A stretch of DNA of 64,000 nt from Mobula hypostoma (Eukaryota). The stretch is from the NCBI RefSeq assembly GCF_963921235.1, contig NC_086098.1:237646001-237710000 (forward strand), given 5' to 3'. Position 1 is the stretch's first letter; each line of letters starts with the position of its first letter. A program made the translations under genes and the position numbers. Shown piece after piece: positions 38,701-49,925 of this stretch. Below the pieces are notes generated by a model. It saw only the letters and a program-made list of their open reading frames with translations, searched no databases and was not told where the DNA came from.

Positions 38701-41700
38701 GATTGTCAGAGTCTGAGGGGATGTCACAGAAAGTGATCTGATTGGTCACTTGCCTTTGCAACCATTGTGTCTGGGGTCTAATTTGGAATGTAATAAATCT
38801 TGGAATTTTGTAGCAATTAGTATCAGGTTTATTATTATCACATAAACCGAGATGCAGTGAAAAGTTTGCCATCCAGACAGATCATATGGCACACGAAACA
38901 CCGAGTAGCACAAAAGGAGAAGCTGGTGAATGAAGTATTGCAGTTACAAAGAAGGCGCAGTGTGGGTGAAAACAAGATGCAAGAGCCATGACGACTAGAG
39001 TTTGAGATGAATAGATCACTGAACGGAAATCTGTCCAGCACAGTACAGGCATAACGATGTTGTGCCGACCTTTTAACTCAAAAATAAGTTCATCCTTCCC
39101 TTCTACATTGTCCTCCATTTTCCTTTCATCCATGTACATATCTGACAATCGTTTATATCGTACAAGAGGTCCGTTCAAACGGCCCATAGAGGTATACATC
39201 CTGGCGACGGCGGTTACTTGGTGTGAGACAGAAATTTAGCTAACTTTTGAGGTTATAGCTAATTTGATGGGTAAAGGCAAACTGGAACCGACAGGGTCCC
39301 GCATGTTCAGAAATATTCCATCTGTCTCAGCTAGCTCACAAGTTAAGCGCGCCCAACGCTGGGAAGTGGTATATTGGCCTGGAGAGGGGAATGGTTTACC
39401 AACCGAGAGTCGGCGGTGAATGAGTCATTTTCAGTCATTTGAACTACTTATGTATCGTGATGAACTGAATAAAGGACTGCGTATGTGTAACCGGATTCCC
39501 CTATTATATAAATTCTAAGGAGACTAATGGGAAATGTATATGGCCGTGCAATAACATAGCGGTGAGCGAAACGACGTAAAGTGCCGGTTGAAAGATCGTG
39601 GCTCGATTCCTGCTGCTGTAATAAAGACATTGTACATTCTCCAGGTAAAAACGTGGGATTCCTCCGGGTGCTCCGGTTTGCCCTCACATTCCAAGGACGG
39701 AGGGTTTGAGTTAGCAAGTTACAGGCATACTATGCAGCCGCCGGAAGCGTGGCGGCATTTGCGGGCTACCCCAGCACACTTTCGCTGAGTTGAATTGACG
39801 CAAAAGACGCAGTTCACTATATTTTTCGATGTACAGGTGACAATTTAATCCAAAATTTATCGGGAATCATATGTCGGGAGACGAGTAATTTCAAGGACTC
39901 TACAACTCAGTATTATTTTTGACTTATTATTTGTACGATTTGACTTCGTTTGTACATCGTTTGTTTGTCAGTCCTCGTTATTTATAGCCTTTCACAAATT
40001 CTGTTGTATTTCTTTCTTGTTCTACTGTGAATGTCTCTGATCTCAGTGGAGTATATCGTGACATATACTTCCTTTGATAATAAATGTACTTTGTATTTTG
40101 AAGAAACAAAAATGAATTATTCTGAATAAAAAGTCAATGATAATTAATCTGAATCTGATACTGATTCTGAACATTTCCCTTAACAGAGTGGCCAAACCAA
40201 GAGGTGCCCATTTAAAGTAAGTTTTGAGTGATGATGATAAAGTTAGTGAGGGAAAGAGCTTCACCCGGAGAGCGTTGGGAGTTTCAATGATCGGTGGGGA
40301 GGGAGGAGAAACTCTGCTCACATTTCCGTAGTGTTTAAATGCGACAGTAGAGCCGTTAGGGACACGGAGACAGCGCTAGAGAGCGGGATTTAGCTGGATA
40401 CTAGGCCTAAACACAGAGGGCCGAATAGCCTCGCTTCATAAAGCTGATGGGAATCACTAGCTTCTACGATACCTTTCTGAGCGGAGACACTGTCACTGAC
40501 CAGGTGTCCAGTGGCGCAAGTGCAGACGACGCCGCTACGCCATCTTTCCGCCGGGATCTGGAAGCGGCTGCTAACGCTGTATCCTCCGTCCGGATCAAAT
40601 ATCGGGGGATCAACGAGACCTTCTCTGGTATTTCCCGATATGTTCCATCGGATGTTCATGGAATGGGAAGACACGCCTCTCACCAAACACATCAAGGTCA
40701 CCAGTTGCATCCGGGGAATTTCATCCGCTTGCGGTGCTAACAGGTATATCGTGGGAGGCTGGGCTGAATGCGGAAAACACAACAACGCTGTATTAATTGG
40801 ATAGACACATTTTAATCTCGGTTTCAGAAACTGGTTATTCTGGCATCTTCTCCGTGCTGGTGGTCATGTACATATCTGTGCCAATTCTAGTTTACAAGGC
40901 CCTCTGTCTGTGATAGTTCGTCTACATAACTGAGCGAGTAGCTGCATCGCTACCCCTCAGGGTGTGAGATCCCAACGCTCCTCGGAGAGAAACATCCTTT
41001 TTCAAGCCTTCTCTAAGTCTGTCACCCTTAGTCTGTATAGGTTTATCGATACATTTACCATCGCCACAACAGCATAGCGTTTAGCGCGATGCTATTACAT
41101 CTCTGGGAGTGGGAGTTTGGATTTCAATCCCGGATTCCACTGTAAGCAGTTTGTCGCCGTGAAACGCCATTCCCCGTTTAAAGCGTGGGTTTCCTCCGGA
41201 TGCTCCGGTTTCCCCGCACAGTCCAAAATCGTAAGGGTTAATAGGGTTAATTGATCATTGTATATTGTCCCCTGATTAAGCTCAGCTAATGTTCCACATT
41301 TCTATCAGCTTACCGTCTCCACCGCAATGAAAGCAAAGTAACGTACATAACCGATCCTCGCAAACGAAACGACATCGTTGTGATAGAGACCCACAGCGGG
41401 GAAGCAGACAATACAGCTCATCGTATCGACGAGTGGGCACCAATCCACATTAATCCCATCTTCCTACACTTAGCTAAGACCCTTCAGTATAACTCATCAA
41501 TGAACACATCTAGACACCTCTTAGATGCTGTCAGCAAATCTGCTGCAACCATTCTAGGACATACTCACAGTTGGTCCTGTTCAGATCACCCCGAAACTCT
41601 TCTGTCTTATACTAAATCTATGCTCTCTTGTTTGTCCACCTCAATTATGTGGAAGGGCCTCCTGCTGTTAACCTCGTAATATGAAGTTGGTCTATGACCT

Positions 41701-44700
41701 CCCTACCTCTCTATTCAATAACCTGACTAATGAAAGGCCAATATCCATTTGCCGTCATAATCACAGTATGTACGTGCGATGCCACCTTGAAGGATCACTG
41801 GATTTGTAATCCAGGGTCCTTTTGTTCCTCAACTTCCATGTTTCCCATATCCTTCCCTCATTAGTCCTCCCAAAACGCATCCCCTCACGTTATCCCGGGT
41901 TAACATTTATAATTCGTTTCACCAACACTTCAGTATCAACCCTTGGACAAAGACTAACTTTTACACTAACCGTACAATCCACTATTTCGCCCTTCGTTGT
42001 TTTCTGCACAAATTTACTGATCCTGCTTCTTATATAAAAATCTAAACTGTTCAAGAATATTTCAAAGAACAAAGTTCCACTACCTATTCTCGGGGAACAC
42101 CGCTAGTAGCAGGCATCCAACCTTCCCTTGCCCCTTGTTTCCAGTCTAATGTGGAATCGTGTGACAAATTTCCCTGGTTGCTGTCTATGTGGGATCTTGT
42201 CAGCGGCCTCAATGAAGTGCATCTAAAACATACATTGATTTTACGGTCTAAATCATGGACTTGGAGACTTCTTCAAGAATTTCGATCAGATTGCTCCGAC
42301 ATGCTCAGCTGTTAACACAGCCAGCTTGGCTGTCTTTGATTAGACCTTGTCACTCCAAGATATTATTAAACCTGTCTCTCGGAGTTCAGTCTTTTAAGAT
42401 TGCTACGACTGTTGTTCGATTCATAGGTCTATAATTGCCAATGCTTTCCCTGGAACTCTAATCCCTACTTTCCAGGAATCTCACATGTACCCAGCGAGTA
42501 TTTACAATATCGCACTTAAAGACCCAGCAATCCCACAGTTTGCTTGCCGCAGAAGCTTAGGATAGATCCGGTGATTTTCGACTTTTAAAGCCGCTACGGC
42601 TTCAACTACATGTTCTTCATTTATTGGGATTTACACCAAAAGTTCACCTTTCCCTTCACTGAAGCCTCCATCTACAAGGTGCGCTTCCTTTGTAAATTCT
42701 GATGAAGCGTACTCATTTACGACCACTGCAATATCTTCCAGCTCCAAAGCCAGATTCGGCCGTTGCTCATAATGGACTCCAGTATTTCCTTGGATGATCT
42801 TTCGCTCTTAATACACTTTTAATAAACTTTTATCTGCTTGCCAGTGATATTTTGTGACTTCTATTAATCTGCCTTTTAAGCATCGCCTTGCATTTTTATA
42901 CCAGGAAGGGCTTCGCTCGTCTTTAACTTTCTATACATACCATCTGCCTCATTTTTTAATCTTTATCCATCCTCAAAAACCTTGTCGTCCATAGATCTCT
43001 GAGATTATCACCTCTACCTTTTACCCTTACTGGAACATGTTGGCTCTGAGCTCTTACTATTTATCCTTCCATGCACATACCGACTTACCAGCAAGCGGGT
43101 CCTCCGATTCAACTCTATCCTGCTCCTGTCTAATACCAACGAACATGGATTTGCCCAGTTTACGGGGTTTATTTCTGGTTCATGCCAACCTTTATTTCTC
43201 ATAACCACTTGAAATATGTGCATTCACTGCCACGATTCCAAATCAGCTCCCCAGCTGACACTTCTTCAAACTGACGAGCCACAAAGTCGTGTATCTGTGG
43301 AATTCATTGCCACAGGGGGCTACGAAGGCCAAGTCATTGGGAATACTTAAAGCGGAGCTTGATAGGATCTTAATTAGTAAGGGCGTCAAAGGTCACGGGG
43401 AGAAGGCAGGAAAATGGGGCTGAGAGGGAAAAAATCTGCAGTGAGAAATTGGCTCAGAAAACTCGATGGGACGAAAGGCGTAACACTGCTGAGATAATTT
43501 ATGGTCTTGTAATCAATTTCATTCACTTCTTGACGATCCAGTTCTATACCTCATTGGTAACCTACACACGAAATTAAAAACCTCTCTTGACCGGATCTTA
43601 AAAATCCTCTCCAGCGCAATCGCGCCCCTGCTATAGTTTAACGTCCAGGCTGCAATCTTACGGCACAACTCCAATTTTGGTTTGATTAATGTGTCACACA
43701 GTTTGAATATACACACTTCCTTGCTCTTATATTCTATTCCGTGGCAATCAAAGACAAGTATTTGGTATGTTTGTTTCACCACCTTCTCTCCAAGTCGCCT
43801 TTTGTACTGCCGTTCATTATATCTGTTCCCGAACTTCCAAAGCACTTCGCTCAAATTTCTCAGATTTAAACTTCATCTGCCATTGTTCTGACCACCTTTA
43901 GGGGAGGCACGGTTGCGAAGCGGTTATGGCAACGCTTTACTGAGCCAATTGTAAAACAATGGTTGAATCGCCGTCGCTATCTGTAAGGGGTTAATACGAG
44001 AACGCGTAGATTTCCTCCGAGTACTCCGATTCCCTCCCACATCCTAACGATGTGAAAATTAACTAGTAAATGGGCGGCGTGGGATCGTTGGACTGAAAGA
44101 GACTGATGCCGTGCTGCATCTCTAAATTAAATTGAGAATTAACCTCTTCAGTATTGCTCTGTAGCTCAAACCTAATCTCCACACTTCCAACAGTACCATA
44201 AATTCCCGTCTCATTTGTGGACGTATTAATTATAATCTCAACGTACCCTCTGGGCCCCAGCAAACGCCATCATGTACAGTCCTAAGCCCAGCTACGAAAG
44301 GAATAAGGTTGGGCATGGGATTCCCAACCCCATCCCGTAAAAATCCTGTGCTATAGTAACGCAAACAAAAGCTCCCTGCGAGAAGAAGGACCTTCGAAAA
44401 TTAGCTATACACTGGGACAATTTGAAAGTGGCCCATGACCGAAGACTCTGGTGAGCTGCTTTCAGCTCCTATGCTCAGTAGGGGTGATGGACTTTTAAAC
44501 AGGGTCCCAGCATCAGCAGAAATGTTGAACTTGTTTCGGCGGGTTACCTGTGACCACTAGATTGGATCCATTGCCGAACTCGCCGATGAGCTGATCTGCG
44601 CAGAAGTAGATCCCAGAATCATTTCGCTGGACGTTTTCAATCACCAGGGAGTAAGTGGCTGATTTTACGTCCACCTGCCCCGAGAACCGCCCCTCCGCTT

Positions 44701-45619
44701 CCACGAATCTGCCCACACTGTAAACGAACTGCAGATGCCTTTGGTTGCTCCGTTTATACCAGTTTATCATAGCATGCGCACCCCGATCCCGGCTACAATT
44801 CAGGATGGCCTGACCTCCGACACGGACGGTCTGGATCGGCGGAGACTGGAACAAGGCGGCCTGAGACACACAAACTAAAAAAAGGAAGATTTAATCACAG
44901 ATGTGGTCCTTTCACGGTTGACACAGCGACTTCAGCCTCGCGCCATCTTTTTTATAAACTGAGACTTCGGAACACAGAAAGAGCAGTTTACTCAGTCTCT
45001 GCAGTTAATTGTTCTACCCGCTTCTCTAATCCCATAATTCTTATCTGAATCCCTTTCTTAAAACTCCGTTGGAAATCATTCCAGTTTTACATTCCCTGGT
45101 GGGGTAGGAATTAATTTACCGCGCGTTTTCCCGAGTAATCTACCCTCCGAATTCTACCTCTGCCATCCGTGATTATTGACTATCTGTGATTAAATAAAAA
45201 TATCGACATAGTATATAGAACAGTACAGCACAGTTACGGGCCCTTTTGTGCCCAACCAATTGAATTAGTAATCAGGTGGTAATCTGAACTCTTCTGCCGA
45301 CACAATGTCAGTTTTCCCTGCATCAATGGGCCTATCTAAACGTATTTTAAAAGTCCTAAAATGTCTGCTGCTATCACACCCCAGGGCAATCCCCGCACCA
45401 CCATTATCTACCACTCACATTTCCTTCGAATCTACCCCCTTTCAAATTAAATCCATGCCCTCCGGCATTAGAAGTCACTTATTTATTCTACCAAATTCCT
45501 TCAGTTAATTAACGATCAGCATTCCCTCTAAACTAGCTGCCTAAGCTCTTCCCTGCTTGAAATTCGGGTCGTTCACCTTGCAGTAAGTGAAAGAGTGCGA
45601 AGACCGCGAAGCATCTCAT
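32764..45619 (-). CDS. Non-rearranging antigen-receptor-like IgSF receptor (leader-VJ-C1-TM-cytoplasmic YxxL), 6 coding exons, 290 aa
   Basis: Exons 45619-45577, 44874-44548, 40763-40473, 37468-37349, 37247-37189 and 32796-32764. All introns are GT-AG, with phases 1,1,1,1,0. The 873 nt join into one ORF: MRCFAVFALFHLLQVCVSQA-ALFQSPP...FGNGSNLVVT-AQPPTIYLLAP...SVSAQK-DSVQVELCHMLTIGLAATLVFLAVGASTVAIRKCRKEREP-VKGETASKITNTRRKDRERD-IYAQLAIDAN*. Confidence 0.85.
33281..33430 (+). repeat. ~30-bp minisatellite, about 5 units
   Basis: Repeated tgacccctccagcccgtatacccctctgtg-like units in the last intron of the receptor gene. Confidence 0.8.
33920..34403 (+). mobile_element. Non-LTR retroposon 3' end with (TAATC)n tail
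   Basis: Ends with aataaaagaggactgcgtgtcctca followed by taatc repeats, and sits inside a CR1 endonuclease remnant. Family not identified. Confidence 0.5.
34655..36000 (+). mobile_element. Degenerate CR1 RT fragment
   Basis: Remnants resembling KAFDKVP, SKFADDT and the downstream CR1 C-terminus. Confidence 0.7.
37189..37247 (-). CDS. Exon 5: first cytoplasmic exon
   Basis: Follows a 101-nt intron after the TM exon. Acceptor catctctttcaatcag|, donor GAT|GTAAGT, phase 1-0. Translates as (V)KGETASKITNTRRKDRERD. Confidence 0.85.
37349..37468 (-). CDS. Exon 4: connecting peptide plus transmembrane segment
   Basis: Acceptor tttttacgtccttcag|, donor CCAG|GTAACG, phase 1-1. Translates as (D)SVQVELCHMLTIGLAATLVFLAVGASTVAIRKCRKEREP: a hydrophobic span followed by a basic stop-transfer. 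Confidence 0.88.
39560..39800 (+). mobile_element. tRNA-derived V-SINE-like element (HE1-type core)
   Basis: B-box-like ggctcgattcc followed by the core cctccgggtgctccggtttgccctcacattcc. Confidence 0.55.
40473..40763 (-). CDS. Exon 3: C1-set Ig constant domain
   Basis: Acceptor ttgtgttttccgcattcag|, donor AAAG|GTATCG. Motifs PPTIYLLAP, VTLMCLVRG, IRW, DGGYSVSSRFQI and W..G..CTC..GH are C1-set hallmarks. Confidence 0.93.
41070..41280 (+). mobile_element. tRNA-derived V-SINE-like element
   Basis: Core gcgtgggtttcctccggatgctccggtttccccgcacagtcc. Confidence 0.6.
41380..43870 (-). mobile_element. Cluster of degenerate CR1 fragments in the V-C1 intron
   Basis: Mostly reverse CR1 RT, endonuclease and 3'-end remnants, with no Ig motifs. 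Confidence 0.55.
43905..44130 (+). mobile_element. tRNA-derived V-SINE-like element
   Basis: A/B-box-like head and core tttcctccgagtactccgattccctcccacatcc. Confidence 0.5.
44548..44874 (-). CDS. Exon 2: V-set Ig domain with germline-joined J-like G strand
   Basis: Acceptor tcttccttttttttag|, donor ACAG|GTAACC. Contains the B-strand Cys (AILNC), C-strand Trp (INWYK), YSLVI, DSGIYFC and FGNGSNLVVT (FGxG). Confidence 0.95.
45577..45619 (-). CDS. Exon 1: signal peptide MRCFAVFALFHLLQ
   Basis: ATG at 45619, hydrophobic h-region, phase-1 donor CAAG|GTGAAC. G+TT joins the V exon in frame. An in-frame upstream ATG is present at 45670. Confidence 0.8.
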
Positions 45620-45785
45620 TGTTCGTGACCGAGTTAAACTCCCGAGTGTTAATCGCAGACGCGTGTTCATCGGTTTGCAGAGTTGGAGCAAGGGAGGGGG
45701 AGTGAGATCCTTTGTAATTGATGAAAATCAAACGTAATGCTTATTAGTAAATGTTCGGTTGTATTGGAAAAAGGTAGAGGCGCGC

Positions 45786-45976
45786 TGTGGTTTCCTGTTT
45801 ACGCGGGGCCAAGTGCACCCAAATGGAACGAGGTTTGCAAACACGTAAAAAATACAAGTCTTCTCGTGTTGGTCAGACCACATTCGAGTATACTAAATAG
45901 TGCTAACCTTGGGCTGTGACACTGTGGACAGGATACTGGTTATATTTATCATGAGGGCCTAATTAGGACAGGAAGT
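45786..45976 (-). promoter_or_regulatory. Putative promoter with a composite RUNX/ETS site and a second ETS site
   Basis: TGTGGTTTCCTGT at 45786-45798 (RUNX TGTGGTT abutting ETS ACAGGAA) and ACAGGAAGT at 45968-45976, 170-360 nt upstream of the ATG in a CpG-richer unique segment. Confidence 0.45.
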
Positions 45977-47969
45977 CTTTCTCCAAAGAAGTACATACAG
46001 TGGGGTGGGCGGCTACCTTGTCGGGGTTTATTTTAAATCTAAAAATGTTTGATGAAATAGTTTGGCGATGTTTTCAGGTGGCAATGGTTGTGTTGGAGGC
46101 GGCCGAGGACGTTTCTGACATATTTCAAGCCTCCTGCATTCCCAAGTTGTTTAACACACCACGGAGTGTTTTTTCTCATCGATGTTGCAATGTTCAAAAG
46201 ACACCGAGCAATATTTACACAGAAAGCTCCCTCAAAGCGGTCACATAATGCTGCCTGGTCTGGATTTATAGATATAGTCTCCAGGGACGGAAGGGGGTCA
46301 CTTTCTCTTCTTTTCAGTGGAGTGGCAATGAATAGACGGGCTTCAGTTTAACTTCTCGCCTGAAGACCGCATAGTGGCAGCGCGGGTCGACTGCACTCGG
46401 GGTTCCTACTGGATATTTGCACAGAAGTTGAAGTTAAACAGAAGCTTGGTACGCAGCTTAAGGAGGAGAGGGATCAAGTTTAATGTTAAGGAGCGTGGGG
46501 GAGGAGGCTGGCATAGAGGGCGTTGCCAGTGACCAAAAGAAATTGTATTCATGTGATAAAGGATCTCTCTGGAATGGACGTGAAAGAAAGATTTTTTCAC
46601 TGTTCCTCGGTACAATTTAGTACAATTGGCTTATTTACAATAAGCCAATTTAACTGAGTGTTTTATTTCACTAAGTGGTTCTATTATCATGATCGGAAAT
46701 CACATCATATACACATATCAACTCATGTATAAACACATAGACGTATTCGGGATAGAGGTTTGTGACAAGTGGTGTCCCTCAGGGATCGGTGTTGTGGCCT
46801 GTTAAAGGTTACAGCAAAAATATGTGACAATTGCAGATTTGGACGACGAAAAGATAGATTTAGTCCTGATGACTAGTCTAGGCCCGAAACGTTGATTGAT
46901 TATACTTCTCCATAGATGCCGTCTGACCTACTGAGTTCCGGCAGCACTTTGTGTGTGTTTTCCAGCATCTGTGTTGACGATCGATTTACTCCGCCGAGTG
47001 TGAGGTTTTGCACTGATGGTAGGGAAGCAGTCAAATATAAGGGGAAAGTAAACACAAACGGCTGGACACTTAAAAATATAGATATACGCAGGTTTCTTGG
47101 AATGATTTGATCTGTCTAAACTGCATCCTAGAGAAGCTTTTCAATATATTTCGGTACATGTCACAATAATAAACTAATATTGATGCCAATATTTTAATAC
47201 CACCTACATTTAGTTTAATAACAGCAGGTAAACGTGGGAAACTGGGGTCTCTATATTTCGGAGACAATCTGTCTTCATTGGAAGCACAGATAAAGGGTCT
47301 TGACACGAAATCTCTACTTTCCAAAGATCCTCCCTGACCCAATGCGATCCTTCAATTCCTTTGTAAGTTGCCTCGGATCTTTCTTCAATCGCCAACTAGG
47401 CGATTGTGGTAGTTTGTTGTCCGTTTGCGATAGGCCATCCACAAGCGTATCAGCGACCAGATGAATTATCACCCTTCCCCTTTAATGGGAAGGGGAGGTT
47501 GCCGGAGTGGCAATACGTAACTGTTGAATCGGGTTGGAATTCAGACAGAGTGGAGAGGCCCTTTAAAATTCTATCGACTGAATTTCTAAAGAAGCGCTCG
47601 TTGGCCCCTGAAACTTAAGACTTTCCTTTGCACCCGCTGCGATGGAGGAGGGACACTGCCTCTTTAAGCGGCTGCTTCCTTTTCCGGCAGCTCCTAGGAA
47701 AACAAGGGACCCCGTCTTTTACATTTTCTCCTCTCAGCCCTCTTCCAGAAGGCGGCGACTGATTCCCAGTGGCACAGATGCGGGGAGCGGGCAGTTGGAC
47801 ACTTCGATCCGTAAAGACATTCTCAACAGGCACCATGAAACGCCGCGATCCCCGCGGGACGAGAAGTACCGTCTAGGAGGATGGGACTCCCCGTTCTGCA
47901 TACTGGTGAGACCCCGCTGAGCCCTTTCCAAACCGTTTCACTGAACGTACAACTCCACGGAACTGTCTT

Positions 47970-49925
47970 ACCGCGTAACTATTAGCACGCCAAAGAGAGT
48001 AAGGGAGCTATAGGCAAGTAGTCACACTGGAGCCTCAGGAGTCAGATATGTGGGTAAAAGAGGGAAGGACAAGAGTCCGATACTAGAGACTGCCCCTGTG
48101 GCTGTCCCCCTTAACAATACGTATTCCTGTTTGAGTACTGTTGGTGGGGTGGGAGGGATGGCCTACCTCGGGGAAGCAACAGTGGCCGCGCCTCTGGCAC
48201 AGATTCTGGCCCTGTGGCTCAGAAGGGTAGGGAAAGGAAGAAGGCAGCAGTAATAGGTGACTCTATAGCTAGGAGGTCAGACAGGCGATTCTGTGGACGC
48301 AGGAAAGAAACACGGATGGTAGTTTGCCTCCCAGGGGCCAGAGTCCGGGAGCTTTCTGATCGCGTCCACGATATGCTGAAGTTGGAAGGTGAACCGCCAG
48401 AGGTCGTTGTACATATTGGTACCAACAACATAGATAGGAAAAGGGAGGAGGCTCTGAAAACAGACCACAGGGAGATAGGAAGAAAGTTGAGAAGCAGGAT
48501 CTCAAAGGTAGTAATCTCGTGATTACTGCCTGTGCCAAGCGACAGTAAGTATAGGAATAGAATGAGGTGGAGGATAAATGCGTGGCTGAGGGATTGGAGC
48601 AGGCGGCATAGATTCTGTTTTCTGTATCATTGGGATCTAGTTTGGGACAGGCATGCCTTGTACAAAAAAGACGGGTTGCACTTGATTCACAAACGGGTCA
48701 ATATCCTGGCAGGGAGGTTTGCTCTTGGGGTGAGTTTAAACCGGAATTGTTGGGGGGTAGGAACCGAACAGTAAAGACGGAGGATGAGGCGATTGGCTCA
48801 CAAATGGAGAAAGCTTGGAGACACTGCGAGGGGGACGAAAAGCAGGTGATAGAGCAAGGATACGCCCAGACTGATGGTTTGAGATGTGTCTATTTTAATG
48901 CAAGTAGCATCGTGAACAAAGCGGATTGACTTAGTGGGTGGATCAGTACTTGGAGCGATAATGTTTTGAACATTACAGAGACTTGGATTGCTCAGGGGTA
49001 GGAATGGTTACTTACAGTGCCAGCTTTAAATGTTTCAGAAAGGACAGGGTGAGAGGCAAAAGAGGTAGAGGCGTGGCACTGCTGATCAGAGATAGTGTCA
49101 CGGCTGCAGAAAATGATGAAGTCATAGAGGGATTGTCTACTGAGTCTCTCTGGGTGGAAGGTAGAAACAGGAAGGGGCCAATAACTCTACTGGATGTTTT
49201 TAATAGACCACCCAATAGTAACAGGGACATCGAGGAGCAGATAGGGAGACATATTCTGGAAAGGTGTAATAATAACACGGTTGTCGTGGAGGGAGATTTT
49301 ACCTTCCCAAACATTGATTGCTATCACCTCGAGGAAGGGGTTTGGATGGGGTGGAGTTTGTTAGATGTGCTCAGGACGGTTTTCTGGCACAGTATGTGAT
49401 TGAGCATAAAAGAGAGGAGGCTGTACTTGATCTGGTATTGGGAAATGAACCTGGTCAGGTGTCAGGTCTCTCAGTGGGAGAGCATTTTGGAGATAGTGAT
49501 CAAAATTCTATCTCCTTTACCACAGCAATAGAGACGGATAGGAACAGAAAAGTTAGGAAAGCGTTTAATTGGAGTAAGGAGAAATATGAAGCTATCAAGG
49601 TGAAACTTGGAAGCAAAAATCGGGAACAGATTTTCTCGGGTAAATGTACTGCAGAAATGTGGCAAATGTTCAGTGGATATTTGCTGGGCGTTCTGCATAG
49701 TTACGTTCCAGTGAGACAGGGAAAGGATGGTAGAGCAGAGGAACCATGGTGTACAAACGCTGTTGAAAATCTAGTCAAGAAGAAAAGAAAAGCTTATGAA
49801 AGTTTCGAAAAACTAGGTAATGATGGAGATCTACAAGAATATAAGGCTGGCAGGAAGGAGCTTAAGAATGGATTTAGGAGAGCCAGAAAAGTCCATGAGA
49901 AGCCCTTGGCGAGCAGGATTAAAGA
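47970..49925 (+). mobile_element. CR1 LINE 5' part: SGNH-esterase ORF1 and AP-endonuclease start of ORF2, 3'-truncated
   Basis: AAVIGDS...VCLPGA...VVVHIGTNN (ORF1), LRCVYFNASSIVNK, and VVEGDFTFPNID...LDLVLGNEP (APE), with frameshifts. Confidence 0.85.
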
